The notes beneath the pieces were generated by a model. It was given only the letters and a program-made list of their open reading frames with translations. It did not search any database and was not told where the DNA came from. From positions 79,856,001 to 79,920,000 of the forward strand of contig OZ336877.1 of NCBI GenBank assembly GCA_965287045.1: DNA of 64,000 bases. Direction: 5' to 3'. This document shows positions 25,536 to 37,410 of the stretch, in pieces. This DNA is from Carcharhinus amblyrhynchos. Lineage: Eukaryota. Position 1 is the stretch's first letter, and each line of letters starts with the position of its first letter. A program made the translations under genes and the position numbers.

Positions 25536-26704
25536 CAATGTAACATCTCAAAGTTTGCAGATGACACCAAGTTGGGTAGGAGGTTGAACTGTGATGAGGA
25601 TGCAGAAGTCCTTCAGAATGATCTGGACAGTTTGGATGAGTGGGCAAATCATTGGCAGATGTAGTATAATTTGGATAAATGTGAGATTATTCACTTTGGA
25701 AGCAAAAACAAGAAGGCAGATTACTACCTAAATGGCTGTAAATTGGGAGAGGGGAGTGTCCAGCGGGACCTGAGACCTGAGTGTCCTTGTACACCAGTCA
25801 CTGAAGGTAAGCATACAGATTCAGCAGGCAGTAAAGAAGGCAAATGGCATGTTGGTCTTCATTGCGAGAGGTTTCAAGTACAGGAACAGGGATGTATTGT
25901 TGCAACTATACAGGATGTGGAGTGCCGGCATTGGACTGGGGTAGGCACAGTAAATAGTCTCACAATGCCAAGTTAAAGTCCAACAGGTGTATTTGGTAGC
26001 AAAAGCTTTCAGAGCATTGCCCCTTCATCAGGTGAGTGAGCTTACTTGATGAAGAGGCAACACTTCGAAAGCTGGTGCTACCAAATAAACCTGTTGGACT
26101 TTAACCTGGTGTTGTGAGACTACTTACTGCAACTATACAGAGCCTTGGTGAGACCAAATCCAGAGTATTGTGTGCAGTTTTGGTCTCTTTTCTGAGGAAG
26201 GATGTTCTTGCTCTCGAGGGAGTGCAGCGAAGGTTTACCAGGCTGATTCCAGGGATGGCAGGACTGATGTATGAGGAGAGATTGACTAAATTAGGATTGC
26301 TTTCGCTGGAGTTCAGACAAATGACAGGGGGATCTCATCGAAACTTATAAAATTCTAACAGGTCTAGACAGGATAGATGCAGGAAGGATGTTCCCGATTG
26401 TGGGGCAGTTCAAAACCAGGGGTCGCGATCTGACGATTCAGGGTAGATAATTTGGGATGAAACAAGGAGGCATTTCTTCACCTAAAGAGCGCTGAACTTG
26501 TGGAATTCTATCATAGTTGATGCCAAAACATTGAATGCATTCAAGAGTTGGCTGGATATAGCACTTGGGGCAAATGGGATCAAAGGTTATGGGAAAAAGC
26601 AGGATTAGGCAATTGAGTTAGATGATCATAATAAATGGTGGAGCGGACTTGAAGGGCCAAATGGCCTCCTCCTGCTCCTATCTTCTATGTTTCTATATTC
26701 CTAT
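25536..26704 (+). mobile_element. CR1 LINE 3' fragment with RT catalytic motif
   Basis: ISKFADDTKLG at 25545-25577; DKCEIIHFGSKN; LEGVQRRFTRLIPGM; (TTCTATG)n tail. Confidence 0.95.
25914..26127. mobile_element. PLE-derived fold-back mini-element with two divergent hammerhead cores and 13-bp TSD
   Basis: TSD TGCAACTATACAG at 25901-25913 and 26128-26140 inside CR1 ORF2; minus core CTGATGA(26031-26025)..GAAA(26010-26007); plus core TTGATGA(26046-26052)..GAAA(26067-26070). Confidence 0.9.
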
Positions 26705-26778
26705 GAATTTTAGACATTTCAATGAAATCACCTCTCCTTCTTCTAAACTCCAGAGAGTACAGGCCCATTGTATGCAAT

Positions 26779-26894
26779 GGGGCAAATTTTCCCATTCTGC
26801 CCACAATGGGAATCAAAGCAGGCAAGGGGTGGACAATGGAAAGGTTTATTAAGCTTGGGTGGGATTTTCTGATTTTGGGGCGAAAATCCCACCC
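26779..26894. mobile_element. 116-bp Harbinger-type MITE
   Basis: TIRs GGGGCAAATTTTCCC / GCGAAAATCCCACCC; TSD AAT/AAT; interrupts a CR1. Confidence 0.75.
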
Positions 26895-28136
26895 AATGTG
26901 TTCTCATCCTAGAAATCAGCCTAGTAAAACTTTACTGCACCATCTTTAAGGTACATAATACCCTGTCAAGAGGTATGGTCTCAACAAAGCAAGACTTTCT
27001 TCAAACCTTGCATCCAATAACTCGCCAATAAAAGAGGTTTTGTCTCATTTGTTACCTATTGGCATGAATAGCAAATCCTACACTATGTGCAAAGTGTAGG
27101 GTGGTGTACCTCAACTGGGCTGCAACAGTGCATCCATCGCAAAACGAAGTGCCTTAGGTTACAAAACAGAGCAGAAGCATAGTTTGTCTATAACCAAGGT
27201 TGCCCAGACAATATATTTGATTAGTCTCTGCTATTCTCCCCAGTGTCTCTGCTAATGCAATAAATTGCCATTGCCCATGAGAGATCGCAATTTTAATTAA
27301 ATAATCATTTCTGATACAATTTTTAAACAATGTGATGAATATTTATTTTTGTTGGTTTGTCATTTTTCCTGCTCACTTTTCTCCATTACTACCTTTCATT
27401 TCTATTCATGTTTTCCATATAATTTTAGAGATTAATTCACAAATCATCCATTATGCTTCATTCAGCTTCACATCTCCCTCATGTCTGAAATGGTTCTATT
27501 AATTATTGAAAAATATTCAAAGAAATGAATTTGCTACACATGCAATTGTAACAAACAGAGGTATTTCTGATTATTTTACAGTCAGCATTTGAGTGTGTAA
27601 CCTGAGACATTGTTGGCAAAGGATTGTATTGTTCGCATGAGCCGCTAATCAATTTTTGTGTTTAGAAGATGTCAAAAAAGAGCACTTACTAATCATGGAA
27701 GCAGGGCCTGGATTAACAAGTGATATTTGGTATTGCAAGTAGTAGTTCCCCTCCTTCAAACAGCAAGGCAGCCTGCGGGAAAGTTAAAAGAGCACAATTT
27801 TACCAGCTCCTTCACTTTGTCAGCCAGCCACATGTAGTATTAACAAATCTACAAGAGTCACCCTTAGGTCCTGGGCTTGTCACATGGCAGAACCCAGTGT
27901 TGCAATGGTCATTTATAATCTGGTTAAGTATTTGTTACTGTGTAAAGAGAAATTTGAATAAAGGGGGCAATGTGCTTATACATATTAATAAACTGTTTCA
28001 GGCTCTACAACTGAGTCCAGGATTAAATTTGAACTAGTGGAAAAGGTTACGTGAGATATGAATGATAAGTGTAAAGGGACATTGCAGGCAAACCCAGACC
28101 AATGCAAAGATATTCAGGCCAACATTAATTCTATCT

Positions 28137-28300
28137 CCAAAACAGAAAATGCTGGAAAATCTCAGCAGGTCTGGTAGCATCTGCAAGGAGAGAAAAGAGC
28201 TGACGTTTCGAGTCCAGACAACCCTTCGTCAAAACTGACATTTTGAGTCCAGATGACCCTTTGTCAAAGCTGATGTTTTGAATCCAGGTGACACTTTGTC
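28137..28300 (-). mobile_element. Penelope-like terminal fragment with three tandem 35-nt hammerhead units and 10-bp TSD
   Basis: Units start at 28200, 28235 and 28270; best unit on the minus strand is TTGACGA-AGGGTTGTCTGGACTC-GAAACGTC-AGCT; TSD AATTCTATCT at 28127-28136 and 28301-28310. Confidence 0.85.
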
Positions 28301-28574
28301 AATTCTATCTTCTTGCTGAAAACCAGGCAGCTAAAATGGCTGTTGCGAGTACCCATTCAGATCCTGATATCTTTCTGTGGGTTGCAATGTTATACAGTTC
28401 TTTTTACCAGGCAGAGGGATATGGATTGTAAAGTAGTCAGATCCACCTGGAAACATGCAGATTGGGATCTGATGTCCGTAGGGGCCTCAACTACAATTTT
28501 AATTGGAAACTTGTGCAGAGGAGCTGCTCTGGCTTCAGCCAAGCCAACATATTTTTTCATTCTGAGGATATTTT

Positions 28575-28860
28575 TTCATTCTGATGATAAAACCAGCATT
28601 TACTGCCTGTATCTAATTGTCCTCAAGAAGGTGCTGGTGAGCTTTCTTCTTCTTGAGCCACTGCTTTTCATGTAGTGAAGTTATAAGGTACAGATTTTGG
28701 GTATTTGGGGATTTTGGCACAGTGACAACAAATGAAAGGTAATATATGTTCAAATTGGTATGCTTTGTGCCTTTAAGGCACAAGATGTTGTCCCCATGCA
28801 CTGTTGTTCTTTCCTTTTTGATGTTGGAGGACGTAATTTGGAAAGTACTCCACAGAAACC
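28575..28860 (-). mobile_element. Second CR1/L2-superfamily lineage, 3' end (old)
   Basis: CCAGCATTTACTGCC..CTAATTGTCCTCAAGAAGGTGCTGGTGAGC. Confidence 0.6.
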
Positions 28861-29059
28861 TTGGCTAGCTGGCTGTAAGAGGAGTCAAAAGTCAAAAAAG
28901 ATAGAGAAAAGGAAGTGGAACTTTTTTTCTTATTTATTTCCCTGTGGATTAAAAAGAGCAGGAATGTTCCTCTAGACCCTAATGGAAATGTTGGACATTC
29001 CCTGACCTAGACCAGCTTCCCATTCCCCAGATTGCAACTCACTCCCAAAACATATGAAA

Positions 29060-29170
29060 GTATAAGACCATACGACATAGAAGCAGAATTAAGCCACTCA
29101 GTCCATTGAATCTGCTCCGCCATTCAATCATGGCTGATATTTTTCTCATCCCCATTCTCCTGCCTTATCA
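29060..29170 (-). mobile_element. CR1 3' tail
   Basis: ATAAGACCATACGACATAGAAGCAGAATTAAGCCACTCAGTCCATTGAATCTGCTCCGCCATTCAATCATGGCTGAT. Confidence 0.8.
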
Positions 29171-29596
29171 AAAGCACTTAGTTGCGTGCTGCAGCCATTC
29201 CTTCAGATCTCCAGAAACAGCCACTTGCTGTTTAAAAACCCGTTTTCCATTTGATTTGATCAAATAATAAAGCTCAGGGGAATGAATTCCACAAGTTAAT
29301 GTCTCTTGTCACAATGTGGAGGGTCAAAGGCTGGTTGTCAAGTTTGACCCCCATCCACACAACTCCCACCAGGAACAAAAACTACCCCTGATAGTTCCTT
29401 CCTTCTCAAGAGCAATTTGGGATATGGGCAATAAATTTCAGCTTTGCCTGTGATACCATCTTCCCACGAATGAATTTTTCTTTTAAGTTGATATGCAAAG
29501 AGCTGGGGATGTACCAAAAGGGAAAAATAAATTATTCAATTCATATCCAGAACTTTGTGAACTGGATTCTTCTGAGTGACTCTCAATGGTGCGGTA

Positions 29597-29672
29597 CGGG
29601 GGCACGATGGTCAGCACTGCTGTCTCACAGTGCCACGGACCCAGGTCCAATTTTGACCTTGGGTGACTGTGT
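29597..29672 (+). mobile_element. HE1 SINE head fragment
   Basis: GGCACGATGGTCAGCACTGCTGTCTCACAGTGCCACGGACCCAGG. Confidence 0.75.
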
Positions 29673-30944
29673 AGGGAATTTTGAGAAACCCAATACAGAA
29701 TGCTGGTTAAGCAGTTTTACAAATTAGCAACAGCGAAGGAGTCAAGAGAGGTGGAGTTGAGTTTCATGAGAATACATGCACTGCATTAAAAAATATGCTA
29801 ATTTGTTTTTTAAAATGCTAGAATCGTGAACAAAGTAATTTTGCACAAAATGCAGTAAATTCAGATTCCTGGTCCAGCAAACTAGTATAACCTGCTGCAT
29901 TTGCTAGTTGCTCAATCTAGACTAGTTGCCATGTGTCTTCATTCAGTAAGCAGCAGGGTCTGTGCAAATGTCAAAATGCCCTGCATTTCGCTAGCGTGCT
30001 TTGCAGACCATGAAATTAAAACTGACAGAATTAAGGATCTCATGCCATTTGTTGTATTCTTTCTTCCCTTCAAGTACTTCCATGTAGATTCAATCTTTAT
30101 CCGTCTCAACTCAATTTGTCTTAAATTATGTTCAATGGAAGTACGAATGAAAATTCTTCCTCAGGGATGATATTTGATAAAAATGTAACTGCTGGATGTT
30201 GAACAGAAATTAAAATGAAAGTGCACCTGGATGATGCTGAACTATGTCACAATTTTAAGCAGTGGTCCAAAATATTAAAGCTAGCATAGTTCTAATATAA
30301 TCCATTGATAACTATCTGCAGCACAATATTTAGTAAGGACCTTGGACTAAACATTGAGAGGCATCTATGATTAATTTATTCATGCACTTTACAGTATTGA
30401 TTTCTCCATAACATTATTCTGAAATATTCCCTGACATCTTTAAGTGTATTTATATTATCTGAATTAAGAAGTGTGAAGCTTCAGGAGCTGTGGACTCAAG
30501 TTAAGAAGAAATCATGCTCATGGTCTTCTTTGCAATTTTCCTACAGGCAATTTTCAATCCATGTTGTGCTAGCAGTGTGCATAGGTAATTTTGCATGGAA
30601 ATTTTTATTCAAATAACAAATTCATTTATTTAAATTAAGACCCTCATTTAACCTTGCAATTGCAGGCAAATGACCACCCACACTATGAGCTTTGGCTTAC
30701 TTGCAAAGTAAGTGTATTGAGTTTATAATCAACTGGTATACAGCCACAGATATGTCATTATGTGTGTCAGTGCTCTTTATTCAGGAAGTATCCCCCATTC
30801 CCTCAGTCCACGAAGGGTGCATTTTTGGAAGGAGGGGGTGTGTTGTTAAAGTCAGGGCAGGGCTAAGGGCAATCCTCTGTTTCCACTGACCCCATTCAGG
30901 AGGCTAAGAAAATTTGGCATGTCCAATACAACTCTCACCAATTT

Positions 30945-31445
30945 TTACAGATGCACCATAGAAAGCATCCTTTCTGCATGTATCACAGTTTGGTATGGCT
31001 TCTGCTCTGACCAAAACCACAAGGAACTACAAAAAGGGTGATGAACAAAGCCCAGTACATCACACAAACCAGCCTCCCATCCATTGACTCTGTCTACACT
31101 TCCCACTGCCTCAGAAAAGCAGCCAGCATAATCAAGGGCCCCATGCACCCTTGACATTCTCTCTTCCACTTTCTTCCTTTGAGAAAAAGATACAAAAGTC
31201 TGCGATCATGGACAAACTGACTCAGTGACAGCTTCTTCCCTGCTGCCATCAGATTGTTGAATGAACCTACTTACATTAAGTTGATTTTCCTCTACACTCT
31301 GTGACTGTAACACTACATTCTGTACTATCTCCTTCTCCCCTAAGTACTCTATGAATGGTATATTTTGTCTGTATAGCAAGCAAGAAACAATACTTTTCAC
31401 TATATACCTATACATGTGATATTAATAAATCAAATCAAATCAAAT
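30945..31445 (+). mobile_element. Rex1/Babar-type LINE 3' end
   Basis: TTTTACAGATGCACCATAGAAAGCATCCTT (FYRCTIESIL); AGCTTCTTCCCTGCTGCCATCAGATTGTTGAAT; (AAATC)n tail. Confidence 0.9.
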
Positions 31446-31661
31446 TAGAAACACATTCACAGTATGTGGGGCTGGAACCTGCATTTCTACTCCATGTCTG
31501 CCACCTCCACATGTGTGAGAAATCTGCCATACAGTTTTGGCACAATGAAATAGTGAAGACCAAAAAACAGCAACTGCATACAAGGGTTCAAACTGCATTG
31601 CTCACATGGTATGTAAATACCTATCTTAGGTTCAACCATTCTTGTTCTGCACAACTATGGG

Positions 31662-32052
31662 TCAATTGGTAGGCCTCCAGATTAGAAGGTTGTTGGTTCA
31701 AGCCCCACACCAGGACTAAGCACAAAATCCCAGACTCACACTCCAGTGTAGTACTGAAGGAGTACAGCTGGAGGTGTTGTCTTTCAAGTGCAGTATTAAA
31801 CCAGAGCCCTGTCTGCTCTCTTAGATGGACATGAAACAGCCCCACTGCACTATTTCCAAGAAAAGTTGACAACTTAACCTCAGTATCATGGTCAATATTT
31901 ATAAAATAGTCTATCATATTGTTGTGTGTGGGACCTTGCTGTCTGCAAATTATCTGGTGTTTCCTGTGACAGTAACTATACTTTCAAAGTAATTTATTGA
32001 CTGTAATGCATTTGAGATGTCCCATGATCGTGAACGGTGCTGTATAAATCAA
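31662..32052 (+). mobile_element. DeuSINE (SacSINE1/AmnSINE1-like)
   Basis: AGAAGGTTGTTGGTTCAAGCCCCAC head; Deu-domain-like TTAAACCAGAGCCCTGTCTGCTCTCTTAGATGGAC..GCACTATTT..GGTCAATATTTAT; L2-type tail GTGAACGGTGCTGTATAAAT. Confidence 0.75.
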
Positions 32053-32058
32053 ATTAAT

Positions 32059-32198
32059 GGGGGAGAATTTCCACATCCCCTACAATGTGTTTCTCGGTAG
32101 TGGAAGACGTCCTTTGCCATTGGGAAACCCACAGTGAAGGTTCACCGCCAGCGAGATCAGAAGTTCCCACCAGCGGAAACAGCCAGAGAATCACCCCC
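32059..32198. mobile_element. 140-bp Harbinger-type MITE
   Basis: TIRs GGGGGAGAATTTCC / AGAGAATCACCCCC; flanks AAT/ATT. Confidence 0.65.
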
Positions 32199-32276
32199 AT
32201 TATTTTTTTCTTTCACTCCACAACAAATGTGAACAAAAGAATTTACTATTGTCTTCTTCTTGATGCCACGAACCAT

Positions 32277-32841
32277 GGCTAAAATTTTAAGAATGGCAAA
32301 CAATCAACGCTCACCGACCCAAGAGTTGGTGCCTAATGGGCAGCTACCAATTTGTGAATTCTCACTGCCACTTTGTGCCCACTGGAGTGTTGATTGGCCG
32401 TGGGTGGAACTTTATTTCACTGTTGGATTTGCAGACAGATCTTCAACTCAGTCAGGCACAACGCCAGAGTGGCCAGAAGCAATACTGCAGTCTGGAGTAC
32501 TGCTGGAGCTGAGTCCTGGAGTGGGTGTGGAGGGGATGCCTAGAGGGTTGAGAGGGCAGGGAAGCGATCTTGCCATTGGCGGGGAAGTCATGGGGGAAGA
32601 AGTTCAAGAACTTTAACGTCCCCAAGACAGTGCGCCTTAACGCTGAGGGTGCCTTCAGAGTATGGCCACTTAAGGGTCGGGATAGGTGAATGGGTGGGTT
32701 TCCCACGCAAAGCCCTGCCAGCCCAAGTGTGAAATTGGATCTGCGTTTGGGCTGGTGGGTCCCCAGGGGGAATCCCATTCAATCAATTTTGTGCTTGCCC
32801 TCACCTCAGAACTGCCTTGCAGGGTGCGTACAATTCTAGCC
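32277..32841. mobile_element. Harbinger-type MITE
   Basis: TIRs GGCTAAAATTTTAA / GTACAATTCTAGCC; TSD CAT/CAT. Confidence 0.7.
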
Positions 32842-34039
32842 CATTTTCCTCATTTACAATCAGATAACTGAGATTGTGATACTTCCCTGGGTACTTTGGG
32901 ACCTCTCAATGCTGTCTGCATTTTTTAGTCTCATAAGGCCACTATTCTTTGGTGCATTCCTGTACAAAATCTGCAGCTCTTCACTTGCAAAAACAAGTTG
33001 TTGATCACATCTTCCCGCTGTACCGCTGGGAAAAAAATAGATTGTTTTTTCCTATCCTCACTACAACTTTCATGATTACCTGGCCCTTCACTGGACTTTC
33101 TGATCCCCAATAATACCTTGGGATAGGAACGTCAATTGGAAAAGTGGGTCATCGTACCATTCAACATTAGAGGCACAGGCAAGCTCTGAACATTGGGAGA
33201 GTTTAACCCTGTTTTTCTTATTATTAGAAAATCCAATATCAGAAGGTTGGCACTGGTGTGAAGCAGTCCAGCTGACCAATGTGAAGCACAGTGGGATTGT
33301 CTCCTTTATGAAACTTTACGGTGTGCTGGTCTGAATAAGACACAGGCTGCTTTGTGTTGCCATTGTAGTGTAAATGCACCCTTTGTTCCAAACAGGACAA
33401 TCTTCCACTTGTATTGTGGCGAATCAATCATTTTCATTGAGCATCAATAAAATTGTCAAAAACGGTTGCAATGGTTATTGTAATGTACTCAGGTTTAGCT
33501 ATTTAAAATATTTGGGAAATAGTAAATAATCAAGCAATAAATTACATCCAAGGTCATTTTTAAAGTTGCAAATTATCTGCCATCTCTCATCAGCTTGGCC
33601 TTGACATTTCTGTTGCTGGTAAACTGCCATCTGTGGCCCTGTGCTCAGCTGTCAGGAGAGATTCAGGATTAAGGTGCATGCCTCTCCACACTGATGTCTT
33701 TTCGCAGCATCAACCCAGGTGTACACATTTATCACCTTTCCAGGCAATGTGCTCAGAGTTGGAAGTAAAGTGGGTGGGGATTAGCATTTATTCCATTCTG
33801 TGCTTTTGAACATTAATGTTATGCTGCTGTGTGTGTCTTTGTACTGCCTGTGAGCATTTCGTAAAATGTGCGCATTCATGTTGTGTGTTGTGGGAGTGTG
33901 GAGTTGCAAATATCTTGAATGGTTCCCCATGATGAATTGCTTTTCTCCTTGTTCTTGGAATGTTATACAGCGATAGATATGCAACTCTTATTTGGGAATT
34001 TAGTTAGTGGGTTTGCTGTACAAGGCAAGGATTGTATAC

Positions 34040-35205
34040 TGAAATAAAACATAAAGTGCTGGAAAAATGCAGCAGGTCTGGCAGCACCTAGGACTGTAAC
34101 ACTACATTCTGCACTCTGTCCTTCTCTATGTACGGAATGCTTTGTACGTATAGCGCACAAGAAACAAAACCTTTCACTGTATACTAATACATGTGACAAT
34201 AATAACTCAAATCAAATCAAAGGATCTGTGGAGAGAGGAATAGAATCAATGTTTTCAGTCCATATGACTCTTCTTGAGAACGTAGAGAGGGAGAAATGTG
34301 ATAGATTTGATGCCACTTAAGAAGAGCAGATGGAGCAAAATAAAAGGTCAGTGTTAGGTGAGAACTAGGAGAGATTTAGCAAAAATGTCATCAGCATGAT
34401 AGAAAGGGAGTGTTAATTGTAATATTAAAGACTAAAGAAGCTGCTGATAGCGACACAAAGGTAAGATAACAAAATATGTTAATAGTCAGTGCTCTGTGAA
34501 AGCAAAACTTAAGAAAATAGTGACAGATGGCCTTGTGACTGGGGGGCGATGGAAGGCACTGGAACAAGAAGATTGAATTAAAAAAAGAGTCAAGATGGAG
34601 GAGAAAGTTCATGATCTGAAATTGTTGAACTCAATGTTAAGTCCAGAAGCCTGTAACATGCCAAATCAGAAGATAAGGTGCTGCTTCTCCAGTTTGTGTT
34701 AGGCTTTATGATCATTGCAGCAGGATGGTGAGTTGAAATAGCAAGTTAACAGAAGGCTGAGGTCACATTTGCAGACTGAGCAAAGGTGTTCTGCAAGGTG
34801 GTCACCTAGTCTGCATTTAGCCTCCCCAATGAAGAGGAGATCACACTGGGAGCAGCGAATACAGCAGACCAAATTGAAGGAGGTAGAAGTGAAATGCTGC
34901 TTCCCCTGAAAGGAATATTTAGGGCCCTGGACAACAAGGAAGATGGAGGTAAAGGGGCGGATGTTGCACCTTCTGCGATGGATGGGAAGGTGACGTGGGA
35001 AGGGATGAGTTGGGAGTGATGGAAGAGTGGACCAGGATATCACGGAGGGAGTGGTCCCTGCAGAATGCTGACTGGGAGTGGGGAAGATGGTGTTTGGTGG
35101 TGACTTCATGCTGAACTCAAAACATTAGTTTTGTTTCTCTCTCCACAGATGCTGCTTGATCTGCTGAGTTTTTCCAACATTTTCTGTTTTCATTTCAGAT
35201 TTACG
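34040..35205 (-). mobile_element. Penelope-like element with GIY-YIG remnant and inverted pLTR ends
   Basis: ORF 34699-35109: RRCNIRPFTS..VQGPKYSFQGKQHFTSTSFNLVCCIRCSQCDLLFIGEAKCRLGDHLAEHL (GIY-YIG); ends 34045-34085 and 35115-35200 are inverted copies of the terminal sequence. Confidence 0.88.
34086..34221 (+). mobile_element. Rex1/Babar 3' tail nested in the PLE terminus
   Basis: GACTGTAACACTACATTCTGCAC..CATGTGACAATAAT(AAATC)n; the PLE terminus resumes at 34224 (ATCTGTGGAGAGA). Confidence 0.8.
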
Positions 35206-35862
35206 GTATCCCAATATTTTGCTTTCTAAAAGATGATGGACCGACAGTTCCACTGTTGTGCACCAAATTACTTACCTGCCATAATAAGACAACACAAACT
35301 GAGAACATAGCCTGCTCATTTTGGATACTGACCAATGTTTTTTAAACCTATTTAATTCCTTTATGTTACTGCTACATTTGTTTAATGAATGTTATTAAGT
35401 GGATTGACTTGTTTTTCCTAATTGTGATACAGATATCTCACATTTGGAAGTTTCTGTCTGTGTATCATACAGAACATTCCTTTGTTCGAAAGATAATTCT
35501 AGTCTGTCCTTTACAATGTTGACATCATTTGAAAAACCGGCCCTTTCTTCACAATTGTTACCGAATTCCATGAAAAGCATGAATAAATGAAACGGATAAA
35601 TTAAGCTGTTGGCACAATAATACAGGCACCAAGAATAGAAATTCACAAACTAGTCATTCTGTTGATTCCGAAAACAAGATGTAGGATTTTGATATGTAAT
35701 GCTTGACTCATGCAGTATTTGAACTATTGCTGTCGTACTGTCAAATGATAGGTGCTTAATATGAGAATTCTACATATCTGTAAAATAATTGAACAGAGTC
35801 TCACTGTTTCTCGATAGTGGTAGGGATACATTCAACTTCAGCAGTCCAAAAGTATATTGGAA

Positions 35863-36172
35863 GGCATGATGGCATAGTGGTTAGCACTACTGCCTCACAG
35901 TGCCAGGGACCAGGGTTCAATTTCGGCCTCAGGTGAGTATGTGAAGTTTGCACATTCTCCCTGTGTCTGCATGGGTTTCCTCTGGGTGCTCCAGCTTCCT
36001 CTCACAATCCAAAGATGTGCAGGTTAGGTTAATTGGCCATAAATTCTCCTTAGTGTCAGGGGGATTAGGAAGGTGTGCAGTTACAGGGATAGGGCCTGAG
36101 TGAGATTGTTGTCTGTGCAGGCCTGATGGGCCGAATGCCTTCCTTCTGCACTGTAGGTTCTATGATTTTATG
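35863..36172 (+). mobile_element. HE1 SINE, full length
   Basis: Head with A/B boxes, V-domain and HER1-type tail TTCTATGATT. Confidence 0.92.
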
Positions 36173-36779
36173 AACTCCATGGCCATTTAAAATGCTAAGT
36201 AGAACCCAATTCAGGGATTCCTGCCCCCATTCCTAACTCCCTAGAGTTTCATTGGTGCAGGATAAAGATGCCACATCCTGCACTCCCAACCTGGTCAGCT
36301 CTGTTGCAGGGGTAGGCATCTCCTAGTTCCGGCAAATTTCATGGGCCAGCTTTTCCATGACGTGTAATTGAGATGCGTCGTGAACCATAGTTTAGATTCA
36401 GGGACCATGGAAAAGTATGTTTAAATGAGTTTTACCCATGGTCTCATGTCCCTTTCATATCTTTCCATGCCAATCTAATGCCAACATGTACCATTCATAT
36501 GCTGTCAGTGCCAAAGCATTTCCCTTCCATGTTCAATCACACAGTATGCACAATGTGCCATCCAATAACAATGGCAAGTTTGGAACTGTTAAACTAATAT
36601 TAACACCCATTGACAAATTTTTTTTGTAAAACAATGCTGTTCTTACCTCTGCAAAAGTGTCAGACAGTACCAATAACAAAGGTTTCAAATAATAGCAGCT
36701 CTTAAACTTGTCTAAATAAACATTGAAACATTGACAAAAGAGATCATAGAAAAACAACTTACAACCACTTAAAGATGTC

Positions 36780-37410
36780 AATCAAAGTCAACAATTTGGT
36801 TGTCAAAATAGAACCTCCTGATGAACTATTGTCTTTATTGATCAAGGCTTACAGCCTAGCCACCAGTGGACATGACATGGTGGTGTTTTGGCATGGAAGA
36901 TGTAAAGGGCTATGGATAGGTTGAGAAAATGTAAGGGTTGGGGGCCAGAAGATCTAAAACCTCCTAACACAGATGAGCTGAAGTCCTAGAGAACTGCAGT
37001 GAGCCTTCTAACCACTCTGCCTCAGCATTTTCCCACTCTGTGGCCACCAGCACTCAGCATCCAGAGTCAGTGAACACAATACCATCTGACATCCATCTGT
37101 CCCAAAGGTAAAATTCTGTACACTGAGACTGAGGCCGGTCCAGCAAGTTGGAAAATTTCATGACTTGAGCTACCCAATCTGATGGCCAAAAATCCAGGCA
37201 TTTACGCTGGATTGCTGGTGTTTATGCTGGTGAGATCTTACGATCCCATGAATGGAGCACCCATGCTATGGGTTTCCCAGTGGTGATGGGTGCTTTCAGT
37301 GGGCAACTTCATTGGCAATGGCAGGACCATAAGATGCTGCCACCAGTGAGTGGCATACTGCTTCCTGCCGCTGTAAAATACACCATGGAGGTGCAGGAAA
37401 ATCTTGCCCA
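36780..37410. mobile_element. Harbinger-type MITE fragments (two adjacent)
   Basis: TIR-like AAAAATCCAGGC at about 37190 and GGAAAATCTTGCCC at about 37400; the second resembles the 32059 MITE reversed. Confidence 0.45.

Larger units (their letters stand above)
25198..27030 (-). mobile_element. Old CR1 3' fragment, split by younger insertions
   Basis: CR1 3' UTR/ORF2 reverse complement at 25198-25535; resumes at 26705 (TTTCAATGAAATCACCTCTCCTTCTTCTAAACTCC) and again after the 26779 MITE. Confidence 0.7.

Noticed and set aside
28200-28302. CRISPR-like array (35-bp period)
   Set aside because: Contiguous tandem units with no spacers, in eukaryotic context, explained by a PLE hammerhead.
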